From assembly GCA_963662405.2 (NCBI GenBank), contig CAXXKT010000003.1, forward strand, positions 1 to 64,000: a DNA stretch of 64,000 nucleotides, written 5' to 3'. The translations under genes were made by a program, and so were the position numbers. Positions within the stretch are counted from its first letter, which is position 1; every line of letters begins with the position of its first letter. Source of the stretch: Syntrophales bacterium (GTDB lineage: Bacteria > Desulfobacterota > Syntrophia > Syntrophales > UBA2210). Positions 43,445-53,147 of this stretch are shown one piece after another. Below the pieces are notes generated by a model. It saw nothing but the letters and a program-made list of their open reading frames with translations. It did no database searches and had not been told where the DNA came from.

Positions 43445-44505
43445 CAGGCCGTCCTCCCGTATCCCTCGAGCATATCGATCATGATCGGTTCTCCCCCCTT
43501 CGGCGACCAGACCCGATCAACGTCGGGGGCCAGGAGTCGTATGCTGCACTCTTCCGATGATGCGTAATAGGTGTTCCCCTTCTGCGCACAGACGACGGGA
43601 CGGAGCTTGTTGCGATCGTTGAGGATGATCGCGCCCTCTCGGTGTGTCAGGACGATCCCGAAGGGACCGTTGACGATGGCGGTACTGTAGATCTGCCTGA
43701 GGTACCGGTCCTTTTCGTCTCCCCTCCGGTCGATATCCTCCCAGAGGGCGGGGGCCATGACAAAGCAGGCATCTTTCTTTGAAAGCCGGTCCCGCCGGGT
43801 CAGCTTATCGTATATGTACGAAATGACCTCCGTGTCCGTCTGGAGGAGGCACTGGTACCCGTTCATCTCGAGCCACCGCACGTTGGTGCCGTAACTGGTG
43901 ATCTCGCCGTTGTGGACGACCGCCTTGTCGAGGATCGTGAAGGGATGGGCACCGCCCCACCATCCCGGCGTGTTGGTGGGGAACCGGTTGTGGGCTACCC
44001 ACATGTATCCTTGATAATCCTCGATGCAGAAATAGTCGGCGATGTCCTCAGGGTATCCCATCCCCTTGAAAACGCCGATATCCTTCCCCGATGAGACGAC
44101 GAATGCATCCGGTATCATATTAATGTGCATGACGGTCTCGACGATGTAATCCTCTTCCGTCTGCTGCGGGGAGAGAAACTCATCAATAGGCTTAAGGAAA
44201 TACCGCTTGAAATAGGGGCCCCGGGGGATACGGTCGTTCGGGTAGACCGGGATCTGCTCCGACTGGTAGACGTGGGTCCTGCTCTGGAGGTAGTCCTCGA
44301 CCACCGGAATAGCCGGGTTGTAATTATCTCCTTCATACATGATGTGAAAGGCGTATTTGTCCCGGTTCTCGGGGTAGGCGCCGTAGACGGCGAAGCCACC
44401 ACCCAGACCGTTACCCCGGTCCCGTTGGATCCGGATGGCCTCTCGTATATGGCTGCCGTCGATACGCTGACCGTCGGCATTGATAATTCCTACGATCCCA
44501 CACAT
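43444..44505 (-). CDS. Class II glutamine amidotransferase subunit of split glutamate synthase (GltB1)
   Basis: MCGIVG N-terminal Cys, RGNGLGGG, HNRFPTNTPGWWGGAHPF, VHNGEI, TDTEV, KLRP. Confidence 0.92.
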   Translation of the reverse strand: MCGIVGIINADGQRIDGSHIREAIRIQRDRGNGLGGGFAVYGAYPENRDKYAFHIMYEGDNYNPAIPVVEDYLQSRTHVYQSEQIPVYPNDRIPRGPYFKRYFLKPIDEFLSPQQTEEDYIVETVMHINMIPDAFVVSSGKDIGVFKGMGYPEDIADYFCIEDYQGYMWVAHNRFPTNTPGWWGGAHPFTILDKAVVHNGEITSYGTNVRWLEMNGYQCLLQTDTEVISYIYDKLTRRDRLSKKDACFVMAPALWEDIDRRGDEKDRYLRQIYSTAIVNGPFGIVLTHREGAIILNDRNKLRPVVCAQKGNTYYASSEECSIRLLAPDVDRVWSPKGGEPIMIDMLEGYGRTA

Positions 44506-44506
44506 G

Positions 44507-45259
44507 TTAAACCCCTGCCTCTCTTTTGGCATAACGGGCCCGCGGCCGATGAAAATCACCAGCCGCCGCCAGCGTCCGCTGGTGAAGGTCGACGAGCCAC
44601 AGAAAGTTCGCGTAGATCCTGTTCGCCTGCCTGCGGAGGGTGGTGCCTATCCGCTCAAAGGTCTGCAGGCACTCATCACACACCGTCATTCCGGCCAGCC
44701 AGTCCTGCAGCATCCCACGGGTCACCTCGACGTGAAACTGGAGGGCGTAGGCGTTGCGGTATCGGAATGCCTGGTTTGGGCACGTTCCTGACGTCATGAG
44801 GAGTTTTCCCCCGTAGGGCACATCGAAGGTGTCCCCATGCCATTGAAAGACCTGGAGTGCCCCGGGAATGCCTTCGAACAGGATATCCTTTGCCCCCGCG
44901 TTCGTCAGCGAGACGCTCCGCCACCCCACCTCCTCTTGCGGGGCTTTGGTGATGGGGGCGTAGCACGCCTTGGCAATCAATTGACCCCCCAGGCAGATCC
45001 CGAGGGTGGGGATATTGGCATCGATCACCCTCCGGAGAAACTCGGTCTCTTCCCGTAAAAAGGGGTATCGTCCTTCTTCGTACACATTCATCGGTCCTCC
45101 CATCGATACGAGGGCATCGAAATCCTTAATATCATCCGGGAACGGATCCCCCGTGAAAAGCCGGATGGTCTGAACCTCGGTCCGTGTATTGCGGAGGAAG
45201 TCCTCCAGCGTTCCCGGTCCCTCCTCCTCAACATGTTGTACAATGAGTACCCGCGTCAT
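44507..45259 (-). CDS. Type 1 glutamine amidotransferase (GuaA-like stand-alone domain)
   Basis: QHVEEEGPG, MGGPM, GICLGGQL, FQWHGDTF, LQFHVE. Confidence 0.9.
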   Translation of the reverse strand: MTRVLIVQHVEEEGPGTLEDFLRNTRTEVQTIRLFTGDPFPDDIKDFDALVSMGGPMNVYEEGRYPFLREETEFLRRVIDANIPTLGICLGGQLIAKACYAPITKAPQEEVGWRSVSLTNAGAKDILFEGIPGALQVFQWHGDTFDVPYGGKLLMTSGTCPNQAFRYRNAYALQFHVEVTRGMLQDWLAGMTVCDECLQTFERIGTTLRRQANRIYANFLWLVDLHQRTLAAAGDFHRPRARYAKREAGV

Positions 45260-45274
45260 AACCCCCTCATGCCG

Positions 45275-46606
45275 TTACAGTACCGGGAGGTACGTCTCTA
45301 TTTCATAGTTGCTGACGTGTGTCCGATACCGATCCCACTCGATTTTTTTGTTGGCGGTGAACTTTTCGAAGATGTGATCACCCAGCGCCTCTCGCACGAC
45401 ATCGCTCTTTTCCGTGATGGCGATGGCCTCTCCCAGACTCCCGGGGAGGGAACCGATCCCGTTTGCCTCGCGTTCGGCCGCACTCATCTCGAAGATATCC
45501 TCTTCAACCGGATCGGGGAGTGTGTATCCTTCCTCGATTCCTTTCAATCCCGCTGCCAACATCACCGCGAAGGCGAGGTAGGGATTGCAGGCCGGATCGG
45601 GACAGCGGAACTCCATCCGTGTGGCGTTTGCCTTGCCCGGTTTATACATGGGGACCCGGATGAGGGCGGAGCGGTTTCTTCGTGCCCATGAGATATAGAC
45701 GGGGGCCTCGTATCCCGGAACCAGCCGCTTATAGGAGTTGACCCACTGGGCCACGATGGCTGAAAGCTCTTTCGCGTGTCTGAGCAGGCCCGCGATATAG
45801 CTCTTTCCCGCCTTCGACAGATAGTATTTGTCTCCCGGATCGAAGAAGGCGTTTCCCCCTTCGCCAAAGAGAGACTGGTGGACATGCATCCCGCTCCCGT
45901 TCTCGCCGAAGATGGGTTTCGGCATGAAGGTGGCGTAAACGCCGTGCTTCATAGCCATCTCCTTGACCGTGAGGCGGTACGTCATCGCCGCGTCGGCCAT
46001 GGCAAGGGCGTCGGTGTAACGGAGGTCGATTTCATGCTGGCTCGGTGCCACCTCGTGATGGCTGTACTCGACAATGATCCCCATGGACTCGAGGGCCTTG
46101 ATCGTATCGCGTCTGAGATCACTGGCGACATCGAGGGGGGTCAGGTCGAAATATCCTCCCCGATCGAGGATCTCGGTCCCCTCGGCGTTCTTGAAATAAA
46201 AGAATTCGAGTTCCGGCCCCACCTGCATGGTGTACCCCATTTCGGCGGCCCGTTTCAGGTTTCTCCTGAGCGCCCACCGGGGATCTCCCTCGTAGGGAGT
46301 ACCATCCGGCTTCAGGATGTCGCAAAACATGCGAGCGACATTTTCATCCCCGCTGGCCCGCCAGGGGAGAATGGTGAAGGTGTTCGAATCGGGCATTGCC
46401 ACCATGTCACTCTCCTCGATCCTCGCGAATCCCTCGATAGACGAGCCGTCGAACCCCATTCCCTCTTCAAATGCAAGCTCCAGTTCACGGGGGGAGATGG
46501 AAAAACTCTTGAGAAAGCCGAGGACATCGGTAAACCACAGACGGACGAACCGTACGTTTTGTTCCTTGATCTGCTTCAAGACGTATTCTTTGTCTTTGCC
46601 GGCCAT
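45275..46606 (-). CDS. glnA: Glutamine synthetase type I
   Basis: GFDGSSIEGFARIEESD, GPELEFF, HHEVAPSQHE, FMPKP...NGSGMH, PGYEAP, NRSALIRVP, EFRCPD. Confidence 0.95.
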   Translation of the reverse strand: MAGKDKEYVLKQIKEQNVRFVRLWFTDVLGFLKSFSISPRELELAFEEGMGFDGSSIEGFARIEESDMVAMPDSNTFTILPWRASGDENVARMFCDILKPDGTPYEGDPRWALRRNLKRAAEMGYTMQVGPELEFFYFKNAEGTEILDRGGYFDLTPLDVASDLRRDTIKALESMGIIVEYSHHEVAPSQHEIDLRYTDALAMADAAMTYRLTVKEMAMKHGVYATFMPKPIFGENGSGMHVHQSLFGEGGNAFFDPGDKYYLSKAGKSYIAGLLRHAKELSAIVAQWVNSYKRLVPGYEAPVYISWARRNRSALIRVPMYKPGKANATRMEFRCPDPACNPYLAFAVMLAAGLKGIEEGYTLPDPVEEDIFEMSAAEREANGIGSLPGSLGEAIAITEKSDVVREALGDHIFEKFTANKKIEWDRYRTHVSNYEIETYLPVL

Positions 46607-46653
46607 TTCTTGCTTCTCTCCTGTTGGACACGTTGTCGTCACGGGTAGGATAC

Positions 46654-46669
46654 AGCAACATCGATGCCA
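46654..46669 (-). promoter_or_regulatory. Sigma54 promoter of glnA
   Basis: Minus strand TGGCATCGATGTTGCT, near-consensus -24/-12, about 48 nt upstream of the ATG. Confidence 0.85.
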
Positions 46670-46767
46670 GCACTGGTTGGCGGGGGGAATTTATGCTATC
46701 TATTTGATATATATAAATATTCTTCAGAAGGATTCCGTAACGGATCTTCCCGGTATTGGGCAACAGC

Positions 46768-46781
46768 CTACATATTTGTAG
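46768..46781. promoter_or_regulatory. Putative UAS palindrome CTACA-N4-TGTAG
   Basis: About 100 bp upstream of the glnA sigma54 promoter; a related site TTACAATATTGTAG lies at 48412-48425. Confidence 0.6.
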
Positions 46782-46803
46782 CATGAAACTTTTAAGACTA
46801 CCC

Positions 46804-48387
46804 CTATGTCCGAAATCGCCTGGGGTTGATCTCGTATTTGTTGATGCGCAATCCCATGATCCTTTCGGTGATACCGAGACTCTTGGCGGCCTTGGCTATA
46901 TTGCCGCGGGAGGTCTTGAGGGCGTCCATGATCAGGTCGTATTCCAGGTGATCCAGCTCTTCCTGCAGGGTGCCGCTAAAGGAGGTACCCGAATATCCGG
47001 ATGTCTGCAGTGACGGAGGGAGGTGATATCCGTAGATGACACCATCGCTGCTCAGGAGGGAGGCCCGTTCGATGCAGTTCTCGAGTTCCCGGACGTTTCC
47101 CGGCCAGTGGTAGCTCATGAACATGTCCAGGGCATGGGTACAGATGCGGGAGATTTGTTTGTTGTTGATCTGCGAGTATCGCTCAACGAAAAAATCAGCC
47201 AGATGGGGAATGTCGGTTTTTCGCTCGCGCAGGGGAGGGATGTAGATGGGGAATACGTTCAGACGATAAAAGAGGTCTTCCCTGAATTGTCCTTCCGCCA
47301 TCAGTTGCTCCAGGTTACGGTTTGTCGCGGCGATGATCCGGACATCCGTCTTGATGGGAGCAGTTCCTCCCACCCGCTCGAACTCCCTCTCCTGCAAGAC
47401 GCGCAGGAGTCTGACCTGCACGGCGGGTGAAAAGTCGCCGACCTCGTCGAGAAAAATGGTTCCCCCGGAGGCCAGTTCAAAACGGCCCTTTCTCTGGGAG
47501 ATGGCGCCGGTGAAGGACCCTTTTTCATGTCCGAAAAGTTCGCTTTCGAGGACGGTCTCGGGGAGGGCAGCACAATTGACCTTGATAAAGGGTTTCTGAG
47601 CCCTGAGGCTGTTGTAGTGGATGGCGTTGGCCACCAGTTCCTTTCCCGTTCCGCTCTCTCCCCGGATCACGACTGTCGCTTGGCTTTTGGACACCTGTGC
47701 TATGAGCTGGTATACCTCCTGCATTCCCTTTGACTTGCCGATGATGTTGGCGGGATGAAATCGCTCCTTGAGTTCGTTCTGGAGGCGCAGATTTTCCTGG
47801 ATCAGCATTTCGCGCTCTTCCTGAGCCTCTTGGCGGAGACGAACGGCCTGTGCGATCATGGATGCAATCAGGGTCAGGAGACGCATATCCTTTTTGAGCA
47901 AGATGCTTTCATCGAAAACGCGATCGGCACTCAGGGTACCAATCACCTCTCGTCCCAGCTTGATGGGGACACAGATGAAGGAGATATCGTGCTTGTCGAT
48001 ATCTTTACGGGATCCGGTACGGTCGAGGAAAAGTGGTTCATCCGATATGTGTGGTATGATAACGGCCTTACCGGTCTCCACGACCTTTCCGGTGACACCT
48101 TCCCCTACCTGGTATTTTCCGCGTCTCTTTTCTATTTCGGAGAGGCCGTGCGCGGCCTCTATGTAAATTTCCCCGCTCTTCCGGTTCAAGAGCGTCAGCG
48201 TGCCGTGCGACATACCGACACGCTCCGCCAGGGTATTGAGGACAGGACCGACCACCTCGCGGATATCCATGCTCCGGCCCAAGGCCTGGCTTATCTCCCA
48301 CAGGAGCGAAAGCTCTTCGATCTCTCGTGCCCTGGATTGTTCCTTTATGCTCTGAGCCTGTTTCATAACACCATGCCTGTTCCCCAT
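46804..48387 (-). CDS. NifA-like sigma54-dependent activator (GAF, AAA+, Fis HTH)
   Basis: GEGVTGKV and [11 protein letters not shown] motifs; [35 protein letters not shown]. Confidence 0.93.
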   Translation of the reverse strand: MGNRHGVMKQAQSIKEQSRAREIEELSLLWEISQALGRSMDIREVVGPVLNTLAERVGMSHGTLTLLNRKSGEIYIEAAHGLSEIEKRRGKYQVGEGVTGKVVETGKAVIIPHISDEPLFLDRTGSRKDIDKHDISFICVPIKLGREVIGTLSADRVFDESILLKKDMRLLTLIASMIAQAVRLRQEAQEEREMLIQENLRLQNELKERFHPANIIGKSKGMQEVYQLIAQVSKSQATVVIRGESGTGKELVANAIHYNSLRAQKPFIKVNCAALPETVLESELFGHEKGSFTGAISQRKGRFELASGGTIFLDEVGDFSPAVQVRLLRVLQEREFERVGGTAPIKTDVRIIAATNRNLEQLMAEGQFREDLFYRLNVFPIYIPPLRERKTDIPHLADFFVERYSQINNKQISRICTHALDMFMSYHWPGNVRELENCIERASLLSSDGVIYGYHLPPSLQTSGYSGTSFSGTLQEELDHLEYDLIMDALKTSRGNIAKAAKSLGITERIMGLRINKYEINPRRFRT

Positions 48388-48893
48388 TCGATGGCCTTCT
48401 TGATCGCAATATTACAATATTGTAGGATTTGGCTGCCCCAAAGTCAAGGCGAACTTGAACATGACCCTGCTGTCAACAGGTTGGATCCGACAACCGGCGT
48501 GCGCTTTGCGGGAGAAAACAGTTAAAATATGTTGATTTATCATGCATCTACGCTTTTTTGGGGGAGTAACGTGCAGGCGAATTCAACGGCCAAAAAGCTG
48601 ACAGGACCGATGCTGCAGGCGCATGCCAAGGGATCGTATCTGGGATACGTCTAGCTTGTCCGTGGATGAGACCGGTCACTTAGAAGCTCATGGGAAAAAT
48701 ATATCTCTGGACGAATCGGTTCCGATGGATGAAAAGATCGTTGCCGTCACGGGGGTCGATATTCAAAAAACCCTTGACGAAGAGAAATTAAGATCCCTCG
48801 AAAAACAGCGGAGAGATGTGAAAGAACTGCAAAAATTAACACCGGAGGGATACATGCAAAAACTTCTCGGAGAGCAGAGAGGAGGAAAAAACA

Positions 48894-49316
48894 GTGAAAA
48901 GAAGTTATCTGATCATTATCAACATCGTTATGCTGCTCACATTTGTTGTGGTGTTCGTCGCATGTTCCCGCGGGGGGAGCGAAGAATCTCTGGAGAAGAG
49001 GGTCACACAGGCATGGGACGCAAGGATGAACGCCGATGGCGATGCCCTGTATGCCCTCACCACGGATTCGTATAAAGAAACGGTACCCAAGGACTCTTTC
49101 GTGTAGGAGACCAATGTCAACCTGAAGGGATTTTCCATAGAGAAGATCGAGATTGATGAGAAAGGAACCAGGGCTGTCACCCACGTGAATATCGATATCG
49201 AGCAGAAGGGATTCGATTTTACCTTTCCCATTAAAGAAAAGTGGCTATGGGAGGGAGATGGCTGGTACCTTGCCCTCAACCCTGACTCGAATAATGCAAT
49301 CCGTCCGCAGAAGTAG
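48894..49316 (+). pseudogene. Putative lipoprotein interrupted by an in-frame TAG at 49104
   Basis: GGAGG RBS, signal peptide ending VFVAC; the frame stays open for 69 codons after the TAG (ETNVNLKGFSIEKIEI...EKWLWEGDGWYL). Confidence 0.65.
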
Positions 49317-49392
49317 TTCCTGAAAGGGAATCCCTCGTTCACCCCCATGCGATCAGTATGCAGGTGCTCGTCGGAAGTGCCAAAAAAGAGCG

Positions 49393-49422
49393 AGCCCGGC
49401 CTGTTTGAAAGGCCGGGCTTCA
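49393..49422. terminator. Intrinsic-terminator-like hairpin
   Basis: AGCCCGGCCT-gtttgaa-AGGCCGGGCT between convergent genes; A-run on the left, short T-run on the right. Confidence 0.6.
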
Positions 49423-49576
49423 TTGTTCTATGAGAGGCATGCCCCTCTCGTTGTGTGTGTTATATCCCGTACGACTCCCGATGCATGTTCTCTTTGCTTC
49501 TCCCTGAAGGGGCTTGCCCGGCGCCCTGCAGTGAACCACACCGCGCACGCACCGTTGCCGGGCCATTCCGATCAGG

Positions 49577-49954
49577 CTATACAAGCCGTTTTGCCCCGGT
49601 GTAGACCTCCGCTATCTTGAGGACTGCGGCGGCATGCCCCGGGTGTTCTTTCGGGTTCCACTGTTTCATGTCCTCAAAAAAGACCCCTTCCGTATGATAT
49701 TCGATGGACCCCTTGAGTTGATATGCCTTGCCGTCCGGGGTGATAAAGAGGATAGAGCCCCTGGTTCCCCCATGGATATTCTTTCGGGTCTTGTCAAAAT
49801 AGTTGTCCGCGATCACGATGGTTTGTTCATCGAACCGCCTTACACAGGTGGCATAGATGGTATTGGGAATTCCTTTTTCGTCTACCGTGGCCAATATAAC
49901 CGGCCCCGTCCGTTCATCCCATGCTGTGCTTACTTCCTCCGACAGTACTGACAT
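49577..49954 (-). CDS. Pyridoxamine 5'-phosphate oxidase-like FMN-binding protein
   Basis: ILATVDEKGIPN, IADNYFDKTRKNI, AYQLKG. Confidence 0.82.
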   Translation of the reverse strand: MSVLSEEVSTAWDERTGPVILATVDEKGIPNTIYATCVRRFDEQTIVIADNYFDKTRKNIHGGTRGSILFITPDGKAYQLKGSIEYHTEGVFFEDMKQWNPKEHPGHAAAVLKIAEVYTGAKRLV

Positions 49955-50010
49955 ATGTTCCTCCTTCGGTGTTGTATGTATTTGAAAACGCACCTTGCCT
50001 GTGCGTGTTT

Positions 50011-50490
50011 CTATTTGAAGCGGTCATCCGATCGCCGGTGCGAGACGGTTCGCCGGGCCTCCTCGAGCCAGCCGGTCCGTATCTCCCCGCGCGCCTCGAA
50101 CTCGGGGATGTAGGGCTTGATATCGAGGAGCGGGGTGCCGTCGAGGATATCCAGATCCTGAATGGAGAGCACTCCTCCTTCGATCCCGTCGAGACGAACG
50201 ATGGAAAGACCGATCGAATTTGGTCGCCGGGGTGCCCGGGTGGCGAAGAGACCCCGCGGTCTTGAATCCATGAACGGCACGACGTGGTTCTTAAATCCGC
50301 TGCTGCGATGCAGATGATAGAGGAGAATGATGTGTGAGAAGCCGTCGAGGTCCGCAAGACCTGCCCGGAAATCCTCGAACACCTCAATCGTCCCTTTCAC
50401 CCCGGCACCCCCCGCCGGCTGGATCGGCATTCCTTCTCGTTGTGTAAAGGGGGTGTGGATAATACCAATTGGCTCATATTCGATCTTCAT
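50011..50490 (-). CDS. trmO: tRNA m6t6A37 methyltransferase TrmO (TsaA/YaeB family)
   Basis: PIGIIHTPF, GFSHIILLYHLH, GLFATRAPRRPNSIGLS, LDGTPLLDIKPY. Confidence 0.88.
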   Translation of the reverse strand: MKIEYEPIGIIHTPFTQREGMPIQPAGGAGVKGTIEVFEDFRAGLADLDGFSHIILLYHLHRSSGFKNHVVPFMDSRPRGLFATRAPRRPNSIGLSIVRLDGIEGGVLSIQDLDILDGTPLLDIKPYIPEFEARGEIRTGWLEEARRTVSHRRSDDRFK

Positions 50491-50619
50491 TGCCTCACCG
50501 TTCTGTCCTATTCAGGAGGCCATGTCGCCGTTTCGTTCTCTCTCGGAGACCCAAACGAAGCGATTGTCTGTCATCAAGGAGTATCACACGGACACGAGAA
50601 CGCCTGTCCTGGACATCCC

Positions 50620-51411
50620 CTATGATTTCAGATCCCGGGGCAACGGACCCAGTATGAGTCGTTGCGGATCTACCTGCGTTCTCAGGATGTCAAGTTCTTC
50701 CTCGCTCGGTTCCGCCGCAGGTCGTGCACGGGAGATGTCGAGGTCAAAACCGGTGGATGCGGCAACCGTTCGGGGCGTCGTAAAGGGATAGTATTCCGCC
50801 AGGTACATCATCCTGGTCACCTCGTCGAATTTCATGACGCCGAGATTGGTTACTACCGCCAGGGGACCTCCCCGCGTGAAACCGGCTTTCGCCCGGGAAT
50901 CCCCTCCGCGTAACCAGCCCGGACTGGTGAAGTAGTCGAGTTTTTCGACAAAGCGTTTGGCCTCGTTTCTCATGAATACGATCACGCCGGATGCCATGCT
51001 GGCCGCATCGCACCCCCCCCCGGAGCCGGGAAATCGCTCGACGGGATCTTCATAGGTTCCCAATAAGGTGGAATTCAGATTGCCGTAACAGTCGATCTGG
51101 GCTGCTCCCAAGAAGGCGATAACCTGTAATCGCGGATGACCGAGGAAACTTAACGCCTCGACCAGCCCCGAATTGAGGGAAGATCCCGTCATGACCCGCG
51201 AGTCTGCGACGGCAAGTGGCAACTCGTCCAGGGATGGATCGATCCCCCCTGTTTCAAAAAACACCACGGATTCAGGGGCATGGATTCGTTTCGCGACCGT
51301 TGCCGCGAGCATGCTGAGTCCGGTCCCGGCGAACAGGATGTCGCCGTTTTTGACCAACCGGCCCGCGCACAGTGCCATGACCTCATTTTCGGTATATCCG
51401 TATCCATCCAT
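50620..51411 (-). CDS. Family I CoA-transferase beta subunit (GctB-like)
   Basis: FAGTGL, VFFETG, FLGAAQIDCYGNLNST, RFPGSGG, RFVEKLDYFTSPG. Confidence 0.88.
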   Translation of the reverse strand: MDGYGYTENEVMALCAGRLVKNGDILFAGTGLSMLAATVAKRIHAPESVVFFETGGIDPSLDELPLAVADSRVMTGSSLNSGLVEALSFLGHPRLQVIAFLGAAQIDCYGNLNSTLLGTYEDPVERFPGSGGGCDAASMASGVIVFMRNEAKRFVEKLDYFTSPGWLRGGDSRAKAGFTRGGPLAVVTNLGVMKFDEVTRMMYLAEYYPFTTPRTVAASTGFDLDISRARPAAEPSEEELDILRTQVDPQRLILGPLPRDLKS

Positions 51412-51419
51412 TGCCGTGC

Positions 51420-52373
51420 CTATCGCCTATCCAGCATGGGTGCGTATCCCCGCTCCGGGTCCGCCTTTATCTTCGCAAGGGTGTCCCACCCGACCTTTTC
51501 CAGGTAGTCTTCCTGTGTCTCAAAGGGATAGATCCATTCATCGAGATACCTGCGGAAGAGATCGTCATCCTGCGCCACCGCCTTGAACATATTGAGATGC
51601 AGGGAATCGTAGTCATAAAAACGGTAACACGCTGTCGGGTGAGCACCCAGCGGCGTCGGAATAACGGCATCAACCAGAAACGGCGGGAGACAATTTTTCG
51701 AAGGGTCCCGTCGAATATCCTCGGTTGAAAGGATCTGTTCGCATGAGATCAGGACATGCCGGGCGGCCTTCGCCTGTTCAATGTCCGCAAAGGAAAGACC
51801 CTCTATGCGAATCGTCCCGTCTTCTCCCGCATACTGCGTGTGCAGTATCGTCACATCCGGATTCAGCGGCTGGAGGGCGACAACGTCACTGCTTCCGAAC
51901 GGATTCCTGATGAGTTTGAGTTTATGGGCAGGGACCTTCCCGGTCCCCCTGCTTTCTTTCGAAAAGCCCGAAAGCCGGGTTATGTCCGTTTCGAGTCCGG
52001 ACGTGGTGGCGATAAAGGGCAACCCCATGGCTCCTGCCAGAAAGCGCAACGTCATCTGGTAGTTCGTATAGTCCTCCACCTCGATCGTTTTTTCTTTGAA
52101 GGCCCTTTTGAATCGATACCCGGTCGGGGCGAATCGGGCGACACCGCCGTACGCCAGCTCGATCCTCTTGACACATCCCGCTCCGATCAACAATTCCAAG
52201 GCCTGTCCCTGGGAGTGGACCACCAGATAAAGATCCTTTTTATCCTGCCTGATGATCTCGCGGATGACGCTCATCGGATTGCGGTTCACGGTAAAACCGC
52301 CCAAGGCAATCTGGTCTCCGTCGTGGATATATCGGCGCACCGCCTCCGCAGTGGACGTGCGTTTTTCAACCAT
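51420..52373 (-). CDS. Family I CoA-transferase alpha subunit (GctA-like)
   Basis: IHDGDQIALGGF...PMSVIREIIRQ, AGAMGLPF, NPF, PDVTILH, GAHPTACYRFYDYD. Confidence 0.88.
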   Translation of the reverse strand: MVEKRTSTAEAVRRYIHDGDQIALGGFTVNRNPMSVIREIIRQDKKDLYLVVHSQGQALELLIGAGCVKRIELAYGGVARFAPTGYRFKRAFKEKTIEVEDYTNYQMTLRFLAGAMGLPFIATTSGLETDITRLSGFSKESRGTGKVPAHKLKLIRNPFGSSDVVALQPLNPDVTILHTQYAGEDGTIRIEGLSFADIEQAKAARHVLISCEQILSTEDIRRDPSKNCLPPFLVDAVIPTPLGAHPTACYRFYDYDSLHLNMFKAVAQDDDLFRRYLDEWIYPFETQEDYLEKVGWDTLAKIKADPERGYAPMLDRR

Positions 52374-52588
52374 AGAGGCATTCCCTTCCAAAAAAAGTGA
52401 CGATATCATGTGATACAGCCTATGTAAAGACGAAGAGGGGTTTCCCCTTTTGACTATTGTCCTCCTCTGTCATGAGTTCTCCATATCCCCTGCCGGTCCT
52501 GGGAAGGAAATGAACCACGATGATCGTTCCCGAACAGATGCCGAAGAAAGCGCGAGCATGCAATCCAGAGATAAAGGAGTCGACCCTC

Positions 52589-52984
52589 CATGTTAAACTC
52601 CTGCCTCTCTTTTGGCATAACGGGCCCACGGCCCATGAAAATCCCCAGTCGCCGCCGGTGGAGAATCATTTTTCTTGTCCGAAAAGTTCGCTTTCGAGGA
52701 CGGTCTCGGGGAGGGCCGCACAATTGGCCTTGATAAAGAGCTTTTGGGCCCTGAGGCTGTTGGAGTGGATGGCGTTGGCCACCAGTTCCTTTCCCGTTCC
52801 GCTCTCTCCCCGGATCACGACGGTCGCCTGGCTTTTGGACACCCTGCGCTATGGGCTGGTATACCCCCTGCATCCCCTTGGATTCTCCAATGATGTCAGC
52901 TGGATGAAATCGCTCCTTGGGTTCGTTCTGGAGGCGCAGATTTTCCTGGATCAGCATTTCGCGCTCTTCCTGAGCCTCCTGGCG
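52589..52984 (-). pseudogene. Collapsed remnant joining a gltB1 5'-region copy to an internal piece of the NifA-like gene
   Basis: 52589-52656 matches 44503-44570; 52653-52984 matches about 47504-47834 with substitutions and a frameshift. Confidence 0.88.
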
Positions 52985-53147
52985 TTCACCTTCCGGAACG
53001 GATGTGCCGCCTTCGGTATTGCCGCGTCCATGGCCATCCGTGTCGGTCACCCGAAAGCGGAGGACCGTGCTGATCACCCCGTTGCGGATTGTCCGTACAT
53101 TGACGGTTTTTTAAACCCTGAAGGACGCCGATGGAAATGCCGGTTGA

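Noticed and set aside
46804..48387. Calling the activator nifA and inferring nitrogen fixation
   Set aside because: No nif structural genes in the window; the adjacent target is glnA.
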